From assembly GCA_030141605.1 (NCBI GenBank), contig JAQGDQ010000430.1, positions 124,001 through 188,000 of the forward strand: a DNA stretch of 64,000 bases, written 5' to 3'. How positions within the stretch are numbered: position 1 is the stretch's first letter; every line of letters starts with the position of its first letter. Shown here one piece after another: positions 40,056 through 53,888 of the stretch. The DNA is from Tubiluchus corallicola (taxonomy: Eukaryota > Animalia > Priapulida). The translations under genes and the position numbers were made by a program. The notes under the pieces are model-generated. The model ran no database searches. It saw only the letters and a program-made list of their open reading frames with translations, and had not been told where the DNA came from.

Positions 40056-41667
40056 CTTACAGGTAACGACAAACAAATCAGGTAGAACCAAATGAGACAT
40101 TATTGATAAATAATTTACTGTAATGACGAATGGCGCAATAAGTGTTCAGGTGTATGTACCTGACCACGGAAAACATTGATAATAGCAGGGCCACACGCAA
40201 ACTGTGATTAAAAATGAGCTGCTAGAGCAACTAATAGAAATAGAAATAAGAGAAAATCCTCATTTAGGTCTATATTCACTAAGTCATATGTAAATAAGTC
40301 AAATATTTTATCAAATCGTGTGTGATAATTATTAATTGTGATGCCCGCCGTGGAGATACCTGTATTAGTCCAAGTCTGTTTTGTAAATCTACTACAAATA
40401 AATAAAATTTAAACTAAACTATATCTTGTCATTCTTTCAAGGACAAAGCAAAACGTACTTTAAATCTCAGAAAAATTTCATTATTTCTTCATGAAAATAC
40501 TAAAAATAAAGTAACATTGTGTTCCACAGATCACGCTTAATACTTATCTAACTGTTTTAAGTTTTTGAATAATTTTAAATCCATAGTTAGCAAGATTTAT
40601 CACTTTTTACTCTTCGATACTCCGTATATTTTTATATAGAAATACAGAAAAGGACGAAAATTAACTCAAAGTTGAGCAGTTTTTGCAGGGCAAAATGGGC
40701 TAATGTCGTAAAGGCTTTAATAAAAAACAGCTTACTATAGACAATGTTATTTCCTCTTATTTATTAATAAATAAAAGCAAAAACAGATTATGTATTACTT
40801 TGTTCTTTTAGCAAAACCTGAAAAGTTCATGTCTTACATTAACCCATTTTACCATAATTAGTATTTGCCAGGACTCCCGTTTATTTGCATTCATCAAAAA
40901 GTACCCAGCTTTCTTAAATGCAGCAATTACTATAACAGCAGATCTAAATAAATTTCAATTAATTTATTACTTGTAAATTTCGCCAGTTTACATTATACTT
41001 TCCCTAGTTTTAGCACAGGTAATCAAAGCCAGATATACATACACTGTACACATAAACTTCTTAAACATCGATATAACTGAGAATTATTAATTTGTTTACT
41101 TATTATTATGGCAGTGTACATTGTCTTAAACATAACTGCCAACTGGACAAACATCTATGCGTCTCTACAGAGGAGGTGGGTGTTCTGTAAAGAGGTATTA
41201 TAGATGGATAGGCACAGAACACTTTCAACTTAAACACGCGTATTTGAGCAGGAACCACGAATGTAAACATTCATTTAGACTGAAACCCGGATCGATATAG
41301 ACACTGAAAGGACAGATAGGTGCTTGTTTGAAAAGACTATCGCTGCCTAACTACTCGTGTTTGAATATTATTAACCCTTTTACGAGCGGCACGCGCTCGC
41401 GCGGCGTCTGCAAGGCGGTAAACTTGGCGCGGATATAATAAAACGACAGGCTCTTAAAAGTTTAATGTGGTTATGACAGTAAATACATGTGATATTATTG
41501 CAGAAACCCGCGGAAGCGCGAAGATCAATGTTATTGTTGGATTTAGGACGTTTGTTATAATATTTGTGAGAGTGATTATCCACGAGTAAGCAGAAGCTTT
41601 AGAGCTGAACAGCTGAAAAAACTGAAACACAAGCTTGCTAACGAGTTTTACAAAGTAACCAATTGAA

Positions 41668-41953
41668 TTCTTCTTCTTCTTCTTCTTCTTCTTCTTCTTC
41701 TTCTTCTTCTACTACTTCTGTTGCTCTAAACATCTGTTATAGACGTAGAGCCTCTATCCTTTATTAGAGCACCCGCTGTTTCCTGTCTGCAGCTAAAGTG
41801 TTCAACTCCTGCGATGCTCTTGTTAAATTTGGTCTCAGCTGTTGTAAATCTTCATTAATTCTTGATTTCCAAGTTGTTTTTGGTTGGCCTGGAGGTCGCT
41901 TAGAAGGTTTCTGTGCCTCGTTTAATGTTAATCTTACTGGTGTTGTTTCTAGT
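41668..41953 (-). mobile_element. RTE-like LINE 3' end with (GAA)n tail
   Basis: Minus strand translates LETTPVRLTLNEAQKPSKRPPGQPKTTWKSRINEDLQQLRPNLTRASQELNTLAADRKQRVL*, followed by a (GAA)n tail at 41668-41718. Confidence 0.8.
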
Positions 41954-42252
41954 CACTTTTCAAGGGCTGCGTACATTCAGCTAAGTTTGACTTTGTCTTT
42001 TTTGTCGAGAAAAAATGGTCTTATTTTTTATTTAATTTTGCACCAAGTTGAAAAAAGGCTAATTTCTAATAGTCCTTGTTGCCTAGCCCAAAACGGTCAG
42101 CAGGGGAACTACTGTACTAACAGGGATCGACTTTATTTGCATCAACAAACTCTTCTAGATTATGAGCAATCGAGCCTGTGTTTTTATAATAATCGAATTT
42201 CAATCATTCGTTAAACTTATAGAGAAAATATCTGCGTCCGTCTGTGTCTAGT

Positions 42253-42330
42253 GTCTCTGTGGTATAATGATTAGTATAGCTCCCCGGAAAGTAAACAGTC
42301 TTGAGTTCGAATCGCAATGGAGGTGATATG
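42253..42330 (+). mobile_element. tRNA-derived SINE head, family B
   Basis: TGGTATAATG A-box-like and gtcttgaGTTCGAATC B box. Homologous to the minus-strand segment 18639-18700. Confidence 0.5.
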
Positions 42331-45300
42331 ATTAATACCGAAAAGTGATTTTTTTTTAACTAAAGCTCAGCAACTACTAAGAACCCAGCGCACGCAGTGG
42401 TTATAGATAGCTCACACAGGCAGCAGGACGCAACCACCATAACATACCATAAACTGCATATTAGCCAGACCATTAATTACGCAACAATGTACAGGCCAGC
42501 AGCCGAATGGCACACACTCCTCCCATTACTACAACCATTTATTATATAGAGCTGACGGAAACAGGGCCGCTTATGGTAATTATAGGACACTTTAGGCTAA
42601 TTAAGTAGTTTTGCAGGCTTCATGAAAATGCCTTGCCGCAGCGGGCGCGCCAAGTGTTTTTAGAAGACAGGTCTTTTGTGGAAGCCAAAACCACTCCGGA
42701 GAATTCTCGCCCTGTAACGTAGGTTGATATGCTATCACTTCTTTAAAATACTTGAAAACTGCAGTTTTAGTGTTGAAGAATAAAAAAAATAAATAATATT
42801 AAAGGTAACTTTGTTTAATCGCATTCATTTTTGTTAATTTATCGGGTAATACTGACGATGTTACGCTAAAGTACATTGCAAGTCAACTAACTTAAAATGA
42901 AACAAACGTCACGCAACATCAATGAGATGTATTATAATCGAAAACATATGTGCAAGTTTGAAATAAATTTACAAAACGAAGAGACATCCATCACTGATTT
43001 AGCCATAGTCATACATTCGTGAAATTTAGTTTTGCACAATATCCCTAGCTAAAAGAACTTCACGCACTGTTTCCAAAAATTTCATTAAAAAGGGCCGTAT
43101 TACAATTATTATCAAAAAATGGGAAACTCTAAAATGACGTGTAAACGATTGATTTGCGCATGAAGCCAATAATGTAAATACGACTTTTTTATTCCCATAT
43201 AGCAATTTCAAACTGTTTAACACAATAATACTACACTATGCTTACTATGGCTCAAAATACAGTTTCGATGACTAAAAATACCTTAACGGATATAGAATTA
43301 AATGAGCTCACAGAATTATCCATAGCAAAATGTATGTCATGAAATGATAGCCCCGTTATACTTAAACGTAATCATAAACGTATTTAAAAATATATAAACG
43401 TATTTTCAATACTGCTTTTCAATTAATTCGTTCCACTTGTTATTGTCAGAAATTAAAAATCAACAAAGTTTTTGAAGAAATGAGTCACTCCCATTGTGAA
43501 ACCAACATGAATCGTATTAACGGTAGTACTAGATATTAAGATAAGTGTTCCTTACTCTAACTTTAATGCTCTTTCTAGCCGGCCGACGGTTTAGTCGGTT
43601 TTTACCCATTCTTTTTGGCCTATCTTTTCTTCACACCTCTTACAATGCAATGGGCCAATGGTAGATGAGAATCTAAATCAGCGCTTAAAAAAAGGTTGTT
43701 GCATTATATTCTTGTTTGCGAATATTGTTGTACAAAAGCCTTGAACACAGTGCCTTCTTGATATAGATGGTTGCGGTAGGACCCGCACCTTTATCATAAA
43801 GAACAATCCGCTAAAATGAGATACTGAACGAGAAGTATTTTTCTGGGTTCAAATGTGCATCGATTTTTCTCCCCTGACAAATCTGGCCACACTGACTGAC
43901 AAAGGCAACATGGCAAATAAATCCGCATTGAAAGCAGCTTCTCGGCGGTCATTCATTCATTAACTGTCAAAGTTGTTCAAGATTCAGCTACGAAAAAATA
44001 CTGTGACCGCTCAGCCATACACCCGTAACTCCCGTGAAGGTACTTATTGGGACCGGATGGGTCATAGATCACTGTACCTAAGTGTCCGTGATCTGTTCCA
44101 AGCTCTGCGTAATAAAATATATCAGTTGGCAACATCACCTCTGATAATAATCTCATGCAGCTTTTGTGCGCATACTCCTGCCTCGTCCTATGCATCTCAT
44201 TTTCATATTACTCAAGGGACAATGACTTTGTTAAACAGACTCTTGGTCATCAGGAGGTTCCGTTACAAAGGGGAAGAGAAATCTAATGCGAGAGGGATGA
44301 TTTTCAGCAAACACGAGAGGACAATTACCATCGTCTGCCATATGCTCTTCACTTTGCTCAAGCGAAAGAGGAAACGAATGCAAATTTTTCGTTTATCAGA
44401 AGTGCTGAAAAAGTGATCCTAGATAAATACTGGGTGGCTATTGTTTTTTCTCGCTCGCTTTGTTAACTTTGTAATTTAGGTGCTCTAACTTCTGGAAACT
44501 TGATCTCTATGGAGTATAATCAATGGAAGTTATGGCATCTCAATAACATGCAACCATGGCAACAAAACTAAACGGTGTAGGAGTTTTCAAACAGTAATGC
44601 AAGCTCATTGCGTAACGTGATTCTTATATTTTAGCCAGGGGTTTTCCATAATTGCGAGGGTGAATACATGGAGTGATGCGCTGAAGCCTATAATAGCCAA
44701 AAGGCTGTTACTGAACAATTGGCCCGAATGTCAACGAATTACTCGAATACGACTAAATTTTTTCCATTTTTCTATTTATGAAACTAGTTGCTAGATATCC
44801 AAACGCTGTGGCAAAATTGTAGGAAACAGTAAACCTGATCGAACCCGACCTTGGTGCTTACGACTTCAGCACCTACGACTTGCAGATCTTCTTAAAAAAA
44901 CTAGCATACTCATAGTTTAGATCCAGCTCGTGAACAAACCCACTCACACTGAATAAACACTTTCAACATGAATACGATGAAAATGCTGCATATATGCGTG
45001 AATGATTTTGTCCCTCTGAAAGTAACTGCTAAAAACAGCGCAATGGCAATGCATGGTCTTAATTGTGGACTGCGACGCGTCCCGTTATGGAGACAGAGGT
45101 GGCCTATATTTCCAAGCTGCTCAAAGGAGGTATTTATAGTATGCCAGCCATTCAGTTTTTTGTAAAGGAATACCTCCGGGAACGGCGCACCGTTGAACAA
45201 AAGTACGGTGACTCACAAGAAGCAACCAGTGTTTGTAGTGGCTTTCATTCTCCCCGGGCATTTCTATGCTGGACAAAGATCTAGTTAATATCAGGCAATA

Positions 45301-47714
45301 ATCGAGGCGGGGCGACCCGCTACCGCCAAAAATTAAACATCGTCGCAAAATACACACATTCTGTTTATCCAATAAACAGAACTACCAAGATTTCTATGCA
45401 TTTATAATAGGCATTTACGCTGGGCTATTCAACCAGCTGACAATACCAGGTTTTTGCATAAAGAACTGAATATGGATTTTCCGTTGCAGATAGTATTGGC
45501 AGCAACCACGTGGTTCGGAAAATACCACAGTGTCCGAATCGATGGCTGGTCTGCAATTCGTCACCTTGAAAATGAGTTCTTAAATATGTGTGTTAATGCT
45601 GAGACTTTGAAACCAAGTGGGTAGCGTTCAAACATCTGGTCAGATTAGTGAGGAAAAGAGGGCCGCTGAGGGGTCGTGGTTTGTGCTTGGCCACAATAGT
45701 TCTGCAGCGCCGGGCTTGCTTAGTGAATGGGTAGGTGAATGTTGAAAAAGTGTGGTTTTATCTGCCGCATACGGCCTGTCAATAATGCACGTGAGTTTCA
45801 TCTGGTAGCAGAGGTTTCCAACCAACGGGGCGTTTCCTCACGGGAAAATTTTAGGATCTCAAGAGAAGAATTGGATTACAGATTAGCAGACACAAACCAT
45901 TTGGTGACCTGCCACGTTGATTGACCGTTTTACAAATTGGACAGGACCTCACATTATTGAATCTCACAGATTGAATTTAAAACTATTTCTCTTTAGATTC
46001 TAAAATCTTTCAATAGTTTCTATTGATATTAAACTTGTAAATATCCTCTACAAAAGTAAAATAAATGTACAATTTACTAATAAAATAAATTCAAATAATC
46101 TTGGAAACGAGGAGAGCATTTTAACATGTACCGTTTCTAAGAAGCACTGTTGCTTAGAGGATTAGCTAGGTCCCAATACAGCCACAACCATTAAACATTA
46201 ATGAGGACTGAAACCGGTTAAATAATTCTGCTAAAACAATAAAAATAGTTTCATTTCTTATTTTTACCATTTTTTCTTTTTCATTTGTTCATTTAATTTT
46301 TCATTTTCACATTTTCATTTCCACACTTTTATTTCATTGTCAATTGATGTCACATTTTTTCGTTTTTCGTTTTTTTAAAGAGAGGATTAACCAGGCACGT
46401 ACTTCCACAAGTCTGTGATTATGTCACCGGGCACCTATGTCACCTATGACGCCATGTCACCTATATTGTTGGGCACATAAACTTTAGAGCGTTTACTTCT
46501 CTGTAATTTTAAGGATCTATGCCGGTGCAGTGACCGTTATATTAATGACAGTAAAAACATCGCAGTGTTGCCAGGCTTAGCCATCAATGAGAGAGCCAAT
46601 GCTTCACGTATATTATAGTTACACGCTTGTTGAAAGAATCGCATAACCACAAAGAAACCTAATTTCCGCTTTTTTCCTCGGCTTTAGAATACTTTATTTC
46701 ACCTCCCATGGATTTTTACCTCCCGTGGTTTTTGCTGAGCCAGTCTATAAATCAGTTTCCCACGGAAAATTGCTGACAGGATAATCCTATATCAAATCAT
46801 GATTATCATTCAAAATAGTATAAAATGTTTATAATCTCTAAGGCACAAATTGTTGTGCAGGATACTAGTGTAGAGACTACATCTGTTTACAGACATAGTT
46901 CAGTTTTTAATCATAAGTATCAAAATTTTACCATGCTTTATTAATACGTTCCTTAAGTAGGCATAACATTTTGCACCTGGCATTAATGATTATAATAAAT
47001 ATATGAAACTAGTTTTTGCAAACGACAAAAAAGCGGTATTAATGAAACATACATAAACGTCGAGTTTTGAATCTACTGCACGTACTTGTACTTGTAAAAT
47101 TCTGGACGTGATAATAAAAAGCTACAATTTTTTGAAAGTTAGATCAAGTGGCATAAACACAAGAAACGTACCGCAAAAGTTAAAGAGCCATTTTGATTAG
47201 GCATGACGTTTAAGGTTGGTTACGTTCTGCTTTCTGCACTTTTGCATGGACAAGGGTTCTCTGCGGAGGTCAAGTCTATACAAGTCAAATTAAAACAGAC
47301 TTGCACAGCAATATGCACTTACACGAGGCACCACCCTTAATAAGCCCATCGACACGTACCCCCATAATAAAAAATAAATAAACAAACGGTATTTAGCCAT
47401 AGACAAATTTATTCAAAACCATTCATATCTTTCTCGACCTTGTTTCGACCTTCACTGATAGTCATTCAATCTAAAATACAAAATACTAGACACAAGATTT
47501 CGGTAGATCGATCTGATTTTGTATGATTTTTGGTCATCTCGTTTGACTCTTGTTTCTTGATAGTCATTATCTGCATTAAAGCTATTTCGTTTTTACTTTG
47601 TTAGAAAATGCGCTCACCGTCCCTCCTCAGTGGTTCCTAAATGCCAGCAGTTTGCTCGGAGTGTTCGTCTTGCTCATGTTCTTGTCCCAGACATTCCTAG
47701 ATCCAGAACAACTG

Positions 47715-48193
47715 TTTCTACTGCCAATTGTATTATTAGGAGGTTGAAAAATTGTTCTGTTGATGTGAAGAGAAGAGTTTTTGTAGCATTTTGCACACAC
47801 TGCTGCAATAGTCTCTGGTTTAATCACAATAAAGGATATATTGAAAGAATACGCATTACTTATAATTGCCATTAGAAGACTATTTAATCTTCAGACTACA
47901 GACTACTAGTGGCTGTAGTGCAAGCCAAATGTATGTTTGCTACAAAGTTGTATTTAGTCTCAGAAGTAGGCTGTTTTTGAGTCAGAATACTCTTATTAAT
48001 AACTAGCTGTATTATACTGATACAATTTTTAGATCAAACATTTTTAAGTCGTGTCAAAGAATTTTATTTACCCATTCTAACTAACCCGTTCTTGTATATA
48101 AGCTTACTATGTTTCTGTAATTGACTCTGTGTTTTAACTTGTGCCTTGTTCTATGGACTGTAAACGTCTGAAATAAAATAAATAATAATAATA
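47715..48193 (+). mobile_element. Degenerate non-LTR retrotransposon 3' fragment
   Basis: ANCIIRRLKNCSVDVKRRVFVAFCTHCCNSLWFNHNKGYIERIRITYN, then frameshifted RRLFNL...SASQMY, resembles the post-RT region of LINE ORF2. Ends in aataaa and (aat)n. Clade not assigned. Confidence 0.7.
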
Positions 48194-48964
48194 AGTCTAG
48201 CATTTTCATCGGGCTTCTTATCTGTGAAACTCTCTACGAGAACATGACCTCTTTATCGTGATAACTAAAACTTTGCTTCACGAATGGCGTTAACAGATGT
48301 CTCCGTTATTAGTAAACTTATTACAATACTATTTTTTTGTGACCTGTGTCCAATTTTCCGTCTTTCTACTGAGTGGCCAGTACTCTTGTGGGGTAATTTG
48401 TATAAAACAACCAGCGGATTTTTTTTATTTTTAACACTAGTGCAATTTTGGTAAGTGTCCTACGCGTGCAGTGTTGAGAGAAAAAGAAGAAATGGTATAC
48501 GTAAGATAAAGATCTAGTAAATCTTTTCGCCTTGGCTGAGAATCAACCAGTACTGAAGTGGTAGATTAACGGCTTAAACTAGTTTCTAAGAGCCAGGTAT
48601 GTCTTGAGTGTGACCAAGTGCTGTCGGCGGCCCTTTTTCACGTCCGTACGTGAGACCCGAGAGGTTACCTGGATCCCAAAATCACATCACGTGATCACTT
48701 GAGAAAAAATCGTGTGAGTTATTGTTTAAGAAGCGTCGGCTACTCAATTTGGTATTGTCGCGAATCAAATATTATAGTTTGCGCTGTTTTTCCAGTTTGT
48801 TAGTATCATTCCATATTCAGTTTAAATGTATGCAAACATATGTGCTTAGAAAAACGTGAAGTTCACTTATTGTTATTTGAGATTTGTCGTATAGCCAATA
48901 CGAAACTGGTACCGAGATGACATATGTATTTTTAATAGTTAAAAAAATTAACATATATATGTTA

Positions 48965-49082
48965 CTTTTATAACAATGCAAGTAAGGAAGCAACAAACAA
49001 ACAACAAATAACATATAGAATACATATCTTGGCGTTGGCAGCCGCTAGATTCGAACTCAAGACGCGTAGTTGCATTCCGACA
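48965..49082 (-). mobile_element. tRNA-derived SINE family A, partial copy 3
   Basis: agccgctagattcgaactcaagacgc is the reverse complement of the family B-box region. caagtaagga and caaataacat also match the body. Confidence 0.65.
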
Positions 49083-49834
49083 AACACGTCAATGACGAAT
49101 TAACAATTAACACACAGTAACATGAAATTAATGGCTCTTATAGGTATTTCACAAAGTACACGACGCCATTTTGTTCAAAATCACAAATTCTCTGCTTGAA
49201 AATCTGCAAAAATTTCAAGCTATTTTGCATTTTAATGAATTAAAAGATTGCTCCTTTCTGACGAAACGTTGCGTAACAGAAATAGTCTTTTGGTCTGTTA
49301 TCTGTAACAATAGCACTAGCAAATCGTCATGTTAGGCTGAGAAAAGCGAAAAATTAAATTGTATGGGAATAAGGGTATTAAGGCCTACTTAACTCCTAAT
49401 TTAAAATATACTATAAAATATTTTTTCTATGTTGTTCCTTGACGAACTAAGAAATTACATTGAAAATTTTCAAAATTTAATGTGCCGTATAATCCACGAG
49501 TTCTAAAAATGGATAAAAATATAACATTACCTATACTTTTAAACGTTTTTATCCGCAATATTTTTCATCAGTTACATCTCTGACCCTGAAATGCAAAAAA
49601 AATTGCACGAATTTGGTTTTTGAAGGAGTATTTGCCGGGGCATTTCATTTTGTTGCTGTTGCCCTTGTCGTTGGCAGTGTCACTGCCACTGCTGCTATTG
49701 CTTTGCTGTTTTTGTTGGTGGTTGTAATACTGTTGTTGGTGTTGGTGATATCGTCGTCATTGTCATCATAATCACCGTCGTCCTGACTGCTTCTTACTGA
49801 TGTGTATAGATTATTAGGAATAACAGTCTGTCCT

Positions 49835-50028
49835 GGGCTGCGTGGCCGAGTGGTCTAGATTTCAGAACACAACCACGCAGTCTTGAGTTCGAGCCTAGCG
49901 GCTTTATACGGCAGAGCATACACCCTACATGTTTATTAGTTATTTGTGTGTTATTAAATAGCCGTTAATGCTAATGTTGTTTATTAAATAAACGACAGTA
50001 AATAAATGTTGTCTTTTTGTCTTTGTTT
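49835..50028 (+). mobile_element. tRNA-derived SINE family A, copy 2
   Basis: A box TGGCCGAGTGG, B box GTTCGAGCC, same body and tail as 15277-15478. Confidence 0.75.
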
Positions 50029-52082
50029 TACAGTATTTTGTTGAATTTGTAAGCGCATTCAAATCTGCTAAAAGCTGATCGGTAATGGGAAGACGGGGAA
50101 AACGACTTTACCAAATAAAAATGGTAGCGAGCACCCACTTAAGAAAAGACATTGGGTGTGTTGGTAGTATGCTCAGCATTCTTCACTATCAAACACTATA
50201 GGTGGGAAAGGTCCAACCATGAACACTGTACTCCTTAGCTGAGAAACTGCTTCATTCCTTCATTCCTTCATTCCATTAACCTTGCAATTTCTTTTTTACT
50301 TTAAGTACTTTTATTTTCTACCTCTCTACTTTCTACCGCAGGCATTAGTCAGTGAATGAATTGTGTTAGAGTAACTTAACTTTATTTTTTCTGTCATTTG
50401 GCTTTGTGTCAGACAATATGTAAGTTTGCAATTTAGTATTTGTCTTGTTTACTTGTTACAATGTTGATTTCTGAATTATTATTTTTACACTGTATTTTTA
50501 TTTATTGCGTGAACATGACCTTGTAATTATAGAAACGTTGCAAATGTTGAGTCTGAATAAAAGTCACGTCTTTGCTTAAATATGTCAGAATATGAGTGAC
50601 GAATGCACTATTCTCACCAAGCCGTTTCCTCAAGGATCAATTTTGTGACTGTCAATGAAAAACTTATCAGATGATGGCGAGCTCAGTAGAATGAATGAGG
50701 CTGACAGCAACAGCAAAGCGATTGACAGGCCCTTTTCAAATTTTATAGTGTCCTGATCCGGACGACTTACTCCGGGATTATTCCCGAATGAAAAGTGTCA
50801 AAAAACGGAACTCGCAGTCTCGTCTTCCGTCCATAATTTTCCTTGCCCCCAATTTGCGCGAACAATGTGCTCTGACCTGCTACGCAAATGAGTTTTGACA
50901 GCAGAAAACTCTTCCGCCAAGGAAACCATGTTGACAAGAAGGCGTATTCATTCCAGGGGTGTGTAAGTTTAAACTTATATTGCTCGCAGCCTTACTTTTA
51001 ACATTTTTAATTTCCAAATATTACTTCAGCTTCAGTTGGCAATTAGCAAAGTTTATGCACTGTTGTTGCTGATTTTCTGCTAACGAGTAATAATAAGGAA
51101 CCCATGTTTGCTCCCCGTGTTTAGATCAGCCTATCTCACGCCATAACTCTATATATCCGAGACTGTGCGCATGTACACCCCGGGGAATCCGGCAAGCAAT
51201 TTAAATGCAAATGAGTTCGTGTTTACAGCGGTACAATACTAGTAACACAATCAACGTGTAATCGAAAAGCAAGCAGTTTGCGGCGCAGCAACGCTTGAAG
51301 CCGTGAAGCCAGTGGAAAGACGGCAAGAGTAAATAGAGGCTCCCCTCTCTGGGCTATAATAAAGCGCAAGAATTATTGAAGGTGTGAAGTGGGTTAACGC
51401 TGAGCGCCAATGAAAGAAGCGATAAAAGAGCAAACAAGAATTGGCGTGTCAGCATAAGATTTGATCGATTAAAGCTGCCTGGTTGTTCTCCGTTCAAGAG
51501 GTTTATAATGACTCTGCCACTTAAAAAAGCGTATTTTGTCTTGTATGCAAACACAAGCAATCTTGCTTCAAATTACTTAAAATTTTGCAAGTGATTTCTT
51601 TGTGACAACATCTTTTTACCGTTATGTATTCACTCTGTCTCCCAACAAATTATTATTATTATTATAACTCTTTTATTAATCTCTTTTTGCAGGTGTACAA
51701 GGAATCAGTTCAATGTAATACATCTAAAGGAAATTACAATTATACATTATGACACAAGTAACAAAAGTACAACTAGATCCAAAAACAAGTCACACAAAAA
51801 GACATTATAAATAATTGTACACAATGGTAAGAACAAGCTGACACACAATACTCAGATGTTGTTTGTACATATTAATACAATATAATAATATAATACAATA
51901 ATATAAATAATTACACAAAATACAACATTCACGTACAAACTATATAAATAATCACAACTAGAACTAGTAGCAATTATGGTTCAGAAAGTTTGCCCATATT
52001 TATGTTAAGCTTACTCTGCATCGTTATAATTATAACAAAATAGATAAACTTATTTATCTTACTGTTTTTACACACTGTATAT

Positions 52083-52272
52083 GTCATGGAAATGGAAGTG
52101 CTGGGAAATAGAAGAAGAGGACGACCGAAGCGAAGATGGATTGAATGTATTAATGGAGACCTTAGAAAGAAGAACATAAATGAAGAGATGGTCAACAACA
52201 GGAATGCGTGGAGAAGACTCATTCACAACGGCGACCCCGCATAGGGAAAAGCTGGGAAGAAAAAGAAGAAGA
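52083..52272 (+). mobile_element. RTE-clade LINE 3' end (5'-truncated)
   Basis: Translates VMEMEVLGNRRRGRPKRRWIECINGDLRKKNINEEMVNNRNAWRRLIHNGDPA*, the RTE C-terminal GxRxRGRPxxRW...DR/NRxxWR motif. Short 3' UTR and a (GAA)n tail follow. Confidence 0.88.
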
Positions 52273-52518
52273 TTATGCGAGAATTCTACAACACAAAAGT
52301 ATGAAGGAACGCGAAATGTTTACGTGAAAGCGTATCTGAGAATATGAGAATACGAGGATACAAGAGAATCTGAGAGAATAATCTTCAGCGGCCAGCTCCG
52401 CCTTATATATGAGTGCCAGGGAATAATCTAGAAATAGAAACTTCTACAAGGTAAGAAGATTGTTCTACTATAGAACATTCTACAATATTCTATTTAATTC
52501 TAGTGGATCTCCACAACA
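52273..52518 (-). mobile_element. Probable solo LTR
   Basis: Minus strand begins TGTTGTGG, has tagaa-rich U3-like repeats, a TATATAAGG box (~52402-52410) and a pyrimidine-rich R/U5-like segment. Its end abuts the RTE tail. No TSD seen. Confidence 0.5.
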
Positions 52519-52931
52519 AGGCAGTAATTTTAAACACTGCCATATTAAACGCTCTTTGTTCTCCATAATAAAGAGGCGCAGAGAATAATTTCCGCTACCC
52601 GCCTTTGCAATAACTCAGCGGCCAGTAAAGAACCAGGGGGTAACTTATTGCTGGCTTGTTTCCAGGAAATTGTGACGTGTAACATTCATGCGCCCCCTAG
52701 AGGCGCTGTTGGTAGACCCTACCATCCTCACTGACTCAACCTCCAGTGTCATTATTTTTAGTTTAGAACCTGCTGGTATTAGATAATGAATTGATTAAGT
52801 ACAGAAAATCACTTAATATATTTACTTCAGAAGTATTTGCGTAAGATTTGAGTAGCCTTATCTAATTTCATCATTCCAGACAGCATCACTACTATCACAA
52901 CATTCTCGCCGCTATTCTAATGTCGTCATCT

Positions 52932-52971
52932 TCGTTGTTTTTGTTGTTGTTGTTGTTGCTGCTGTTGCTGC

Positions 52972-53011
<40 letters not shown>

Positions 53012-53118
53012 CTGATAATAGTGATGTCTATGTTGTTGTTGTTGTTGCTGCTGTTGTTGTGATAATAGTGATGTCTATGTTGTTGTTGTTGTTGCTGTTG
53101 TTGCTGTTGTTGTTGTTC

Positions 53119-53150
<32 letters not shown>

Positions 53151-53161
53151 GATGATGATGT

Positions 53162-53256
<95 letters not shown>

Positions 53257-53300
53257 CTGCTGCTGCTGCTGCTACTGCTGCTGTTTTTCTTCTTCTTCTT
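52932..53300. repeat. (GTT)n-(GAT)n-(GCT)n compound microsatellite
   Basis: Direct reading. Includes a duplicated tgataatagtgatgtctatg interruption. Confidence 0.95.
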
Positions 53301-53774
53301 CAAAGTGGGGAACATGTTTTATGAAGATGTATTACTCCTGATTTAAAACATGCCTTTAACTTGAACTTTGATACATATGTGACTTGTTTAAATATGATTA
53401 TATCTTGTCTGCTCTTATATTTATAACAGTCTTAATCGCATTAATTGGTATTATCATAGTTAAGCTAGTTATGCTCATTTTTCTATACTCATATTATAGG
53501 CCTATTTTGATTAGATATTTTACTGTATTTTATTGATAATTTTATATGAGGTAAAAAAATTTAATAACATCAATTCAATAATCTTATGATTGCCGCTGTC
53601 GCCATCGCTAGTCATCATCATTACCTTCATCAGGCCTATATAATCCCAACAGACATTGAGGTTTTTTAACGCATTATTAAGATTATGCAAAGAAATCATA
53701 GTTTTTATTAAATGAAAAATACTTATATATTAAATAACTTGCCTTTTTATGGCAAATTTCGAACACGTGCAATA

Positions 53775-53888
53775 CGCCTTTTTTGGCGCGAGTGAGCGTG
53801 AATGACGTACGAAATGCAGAAAGCGTCCTTGGTGACCTCGTGACTGTACTCATAACGTCATTCGTCTCTCGCGCAACAAAAAATGGCG
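53775..53888. repeat. Imperfect inverted repeat, probable core of a palindromic MITE
   Basis: cgccttttttggcgcgagtgagcgtgaatgacgt versus acgtcattcgtctctcgcgcaacaaaaaatggcg. Confidence 0.55.

Noticed and set aside
41109-41142. TGGCAGTG...ACTGCCA hairpin as a miR-34-family precursor
   Set aside because: Only the seed matches and the stem is far too short for a pre-miRNA.
43973-45924. ORFs of 60-147 aa in a GC-richer region
   Set aside because: No recognisable domains, overlapping on both strands, several with non-ATG starts. More likely regulatory DNA, though BLASTX and RNA-seq are needed to exclude exons.
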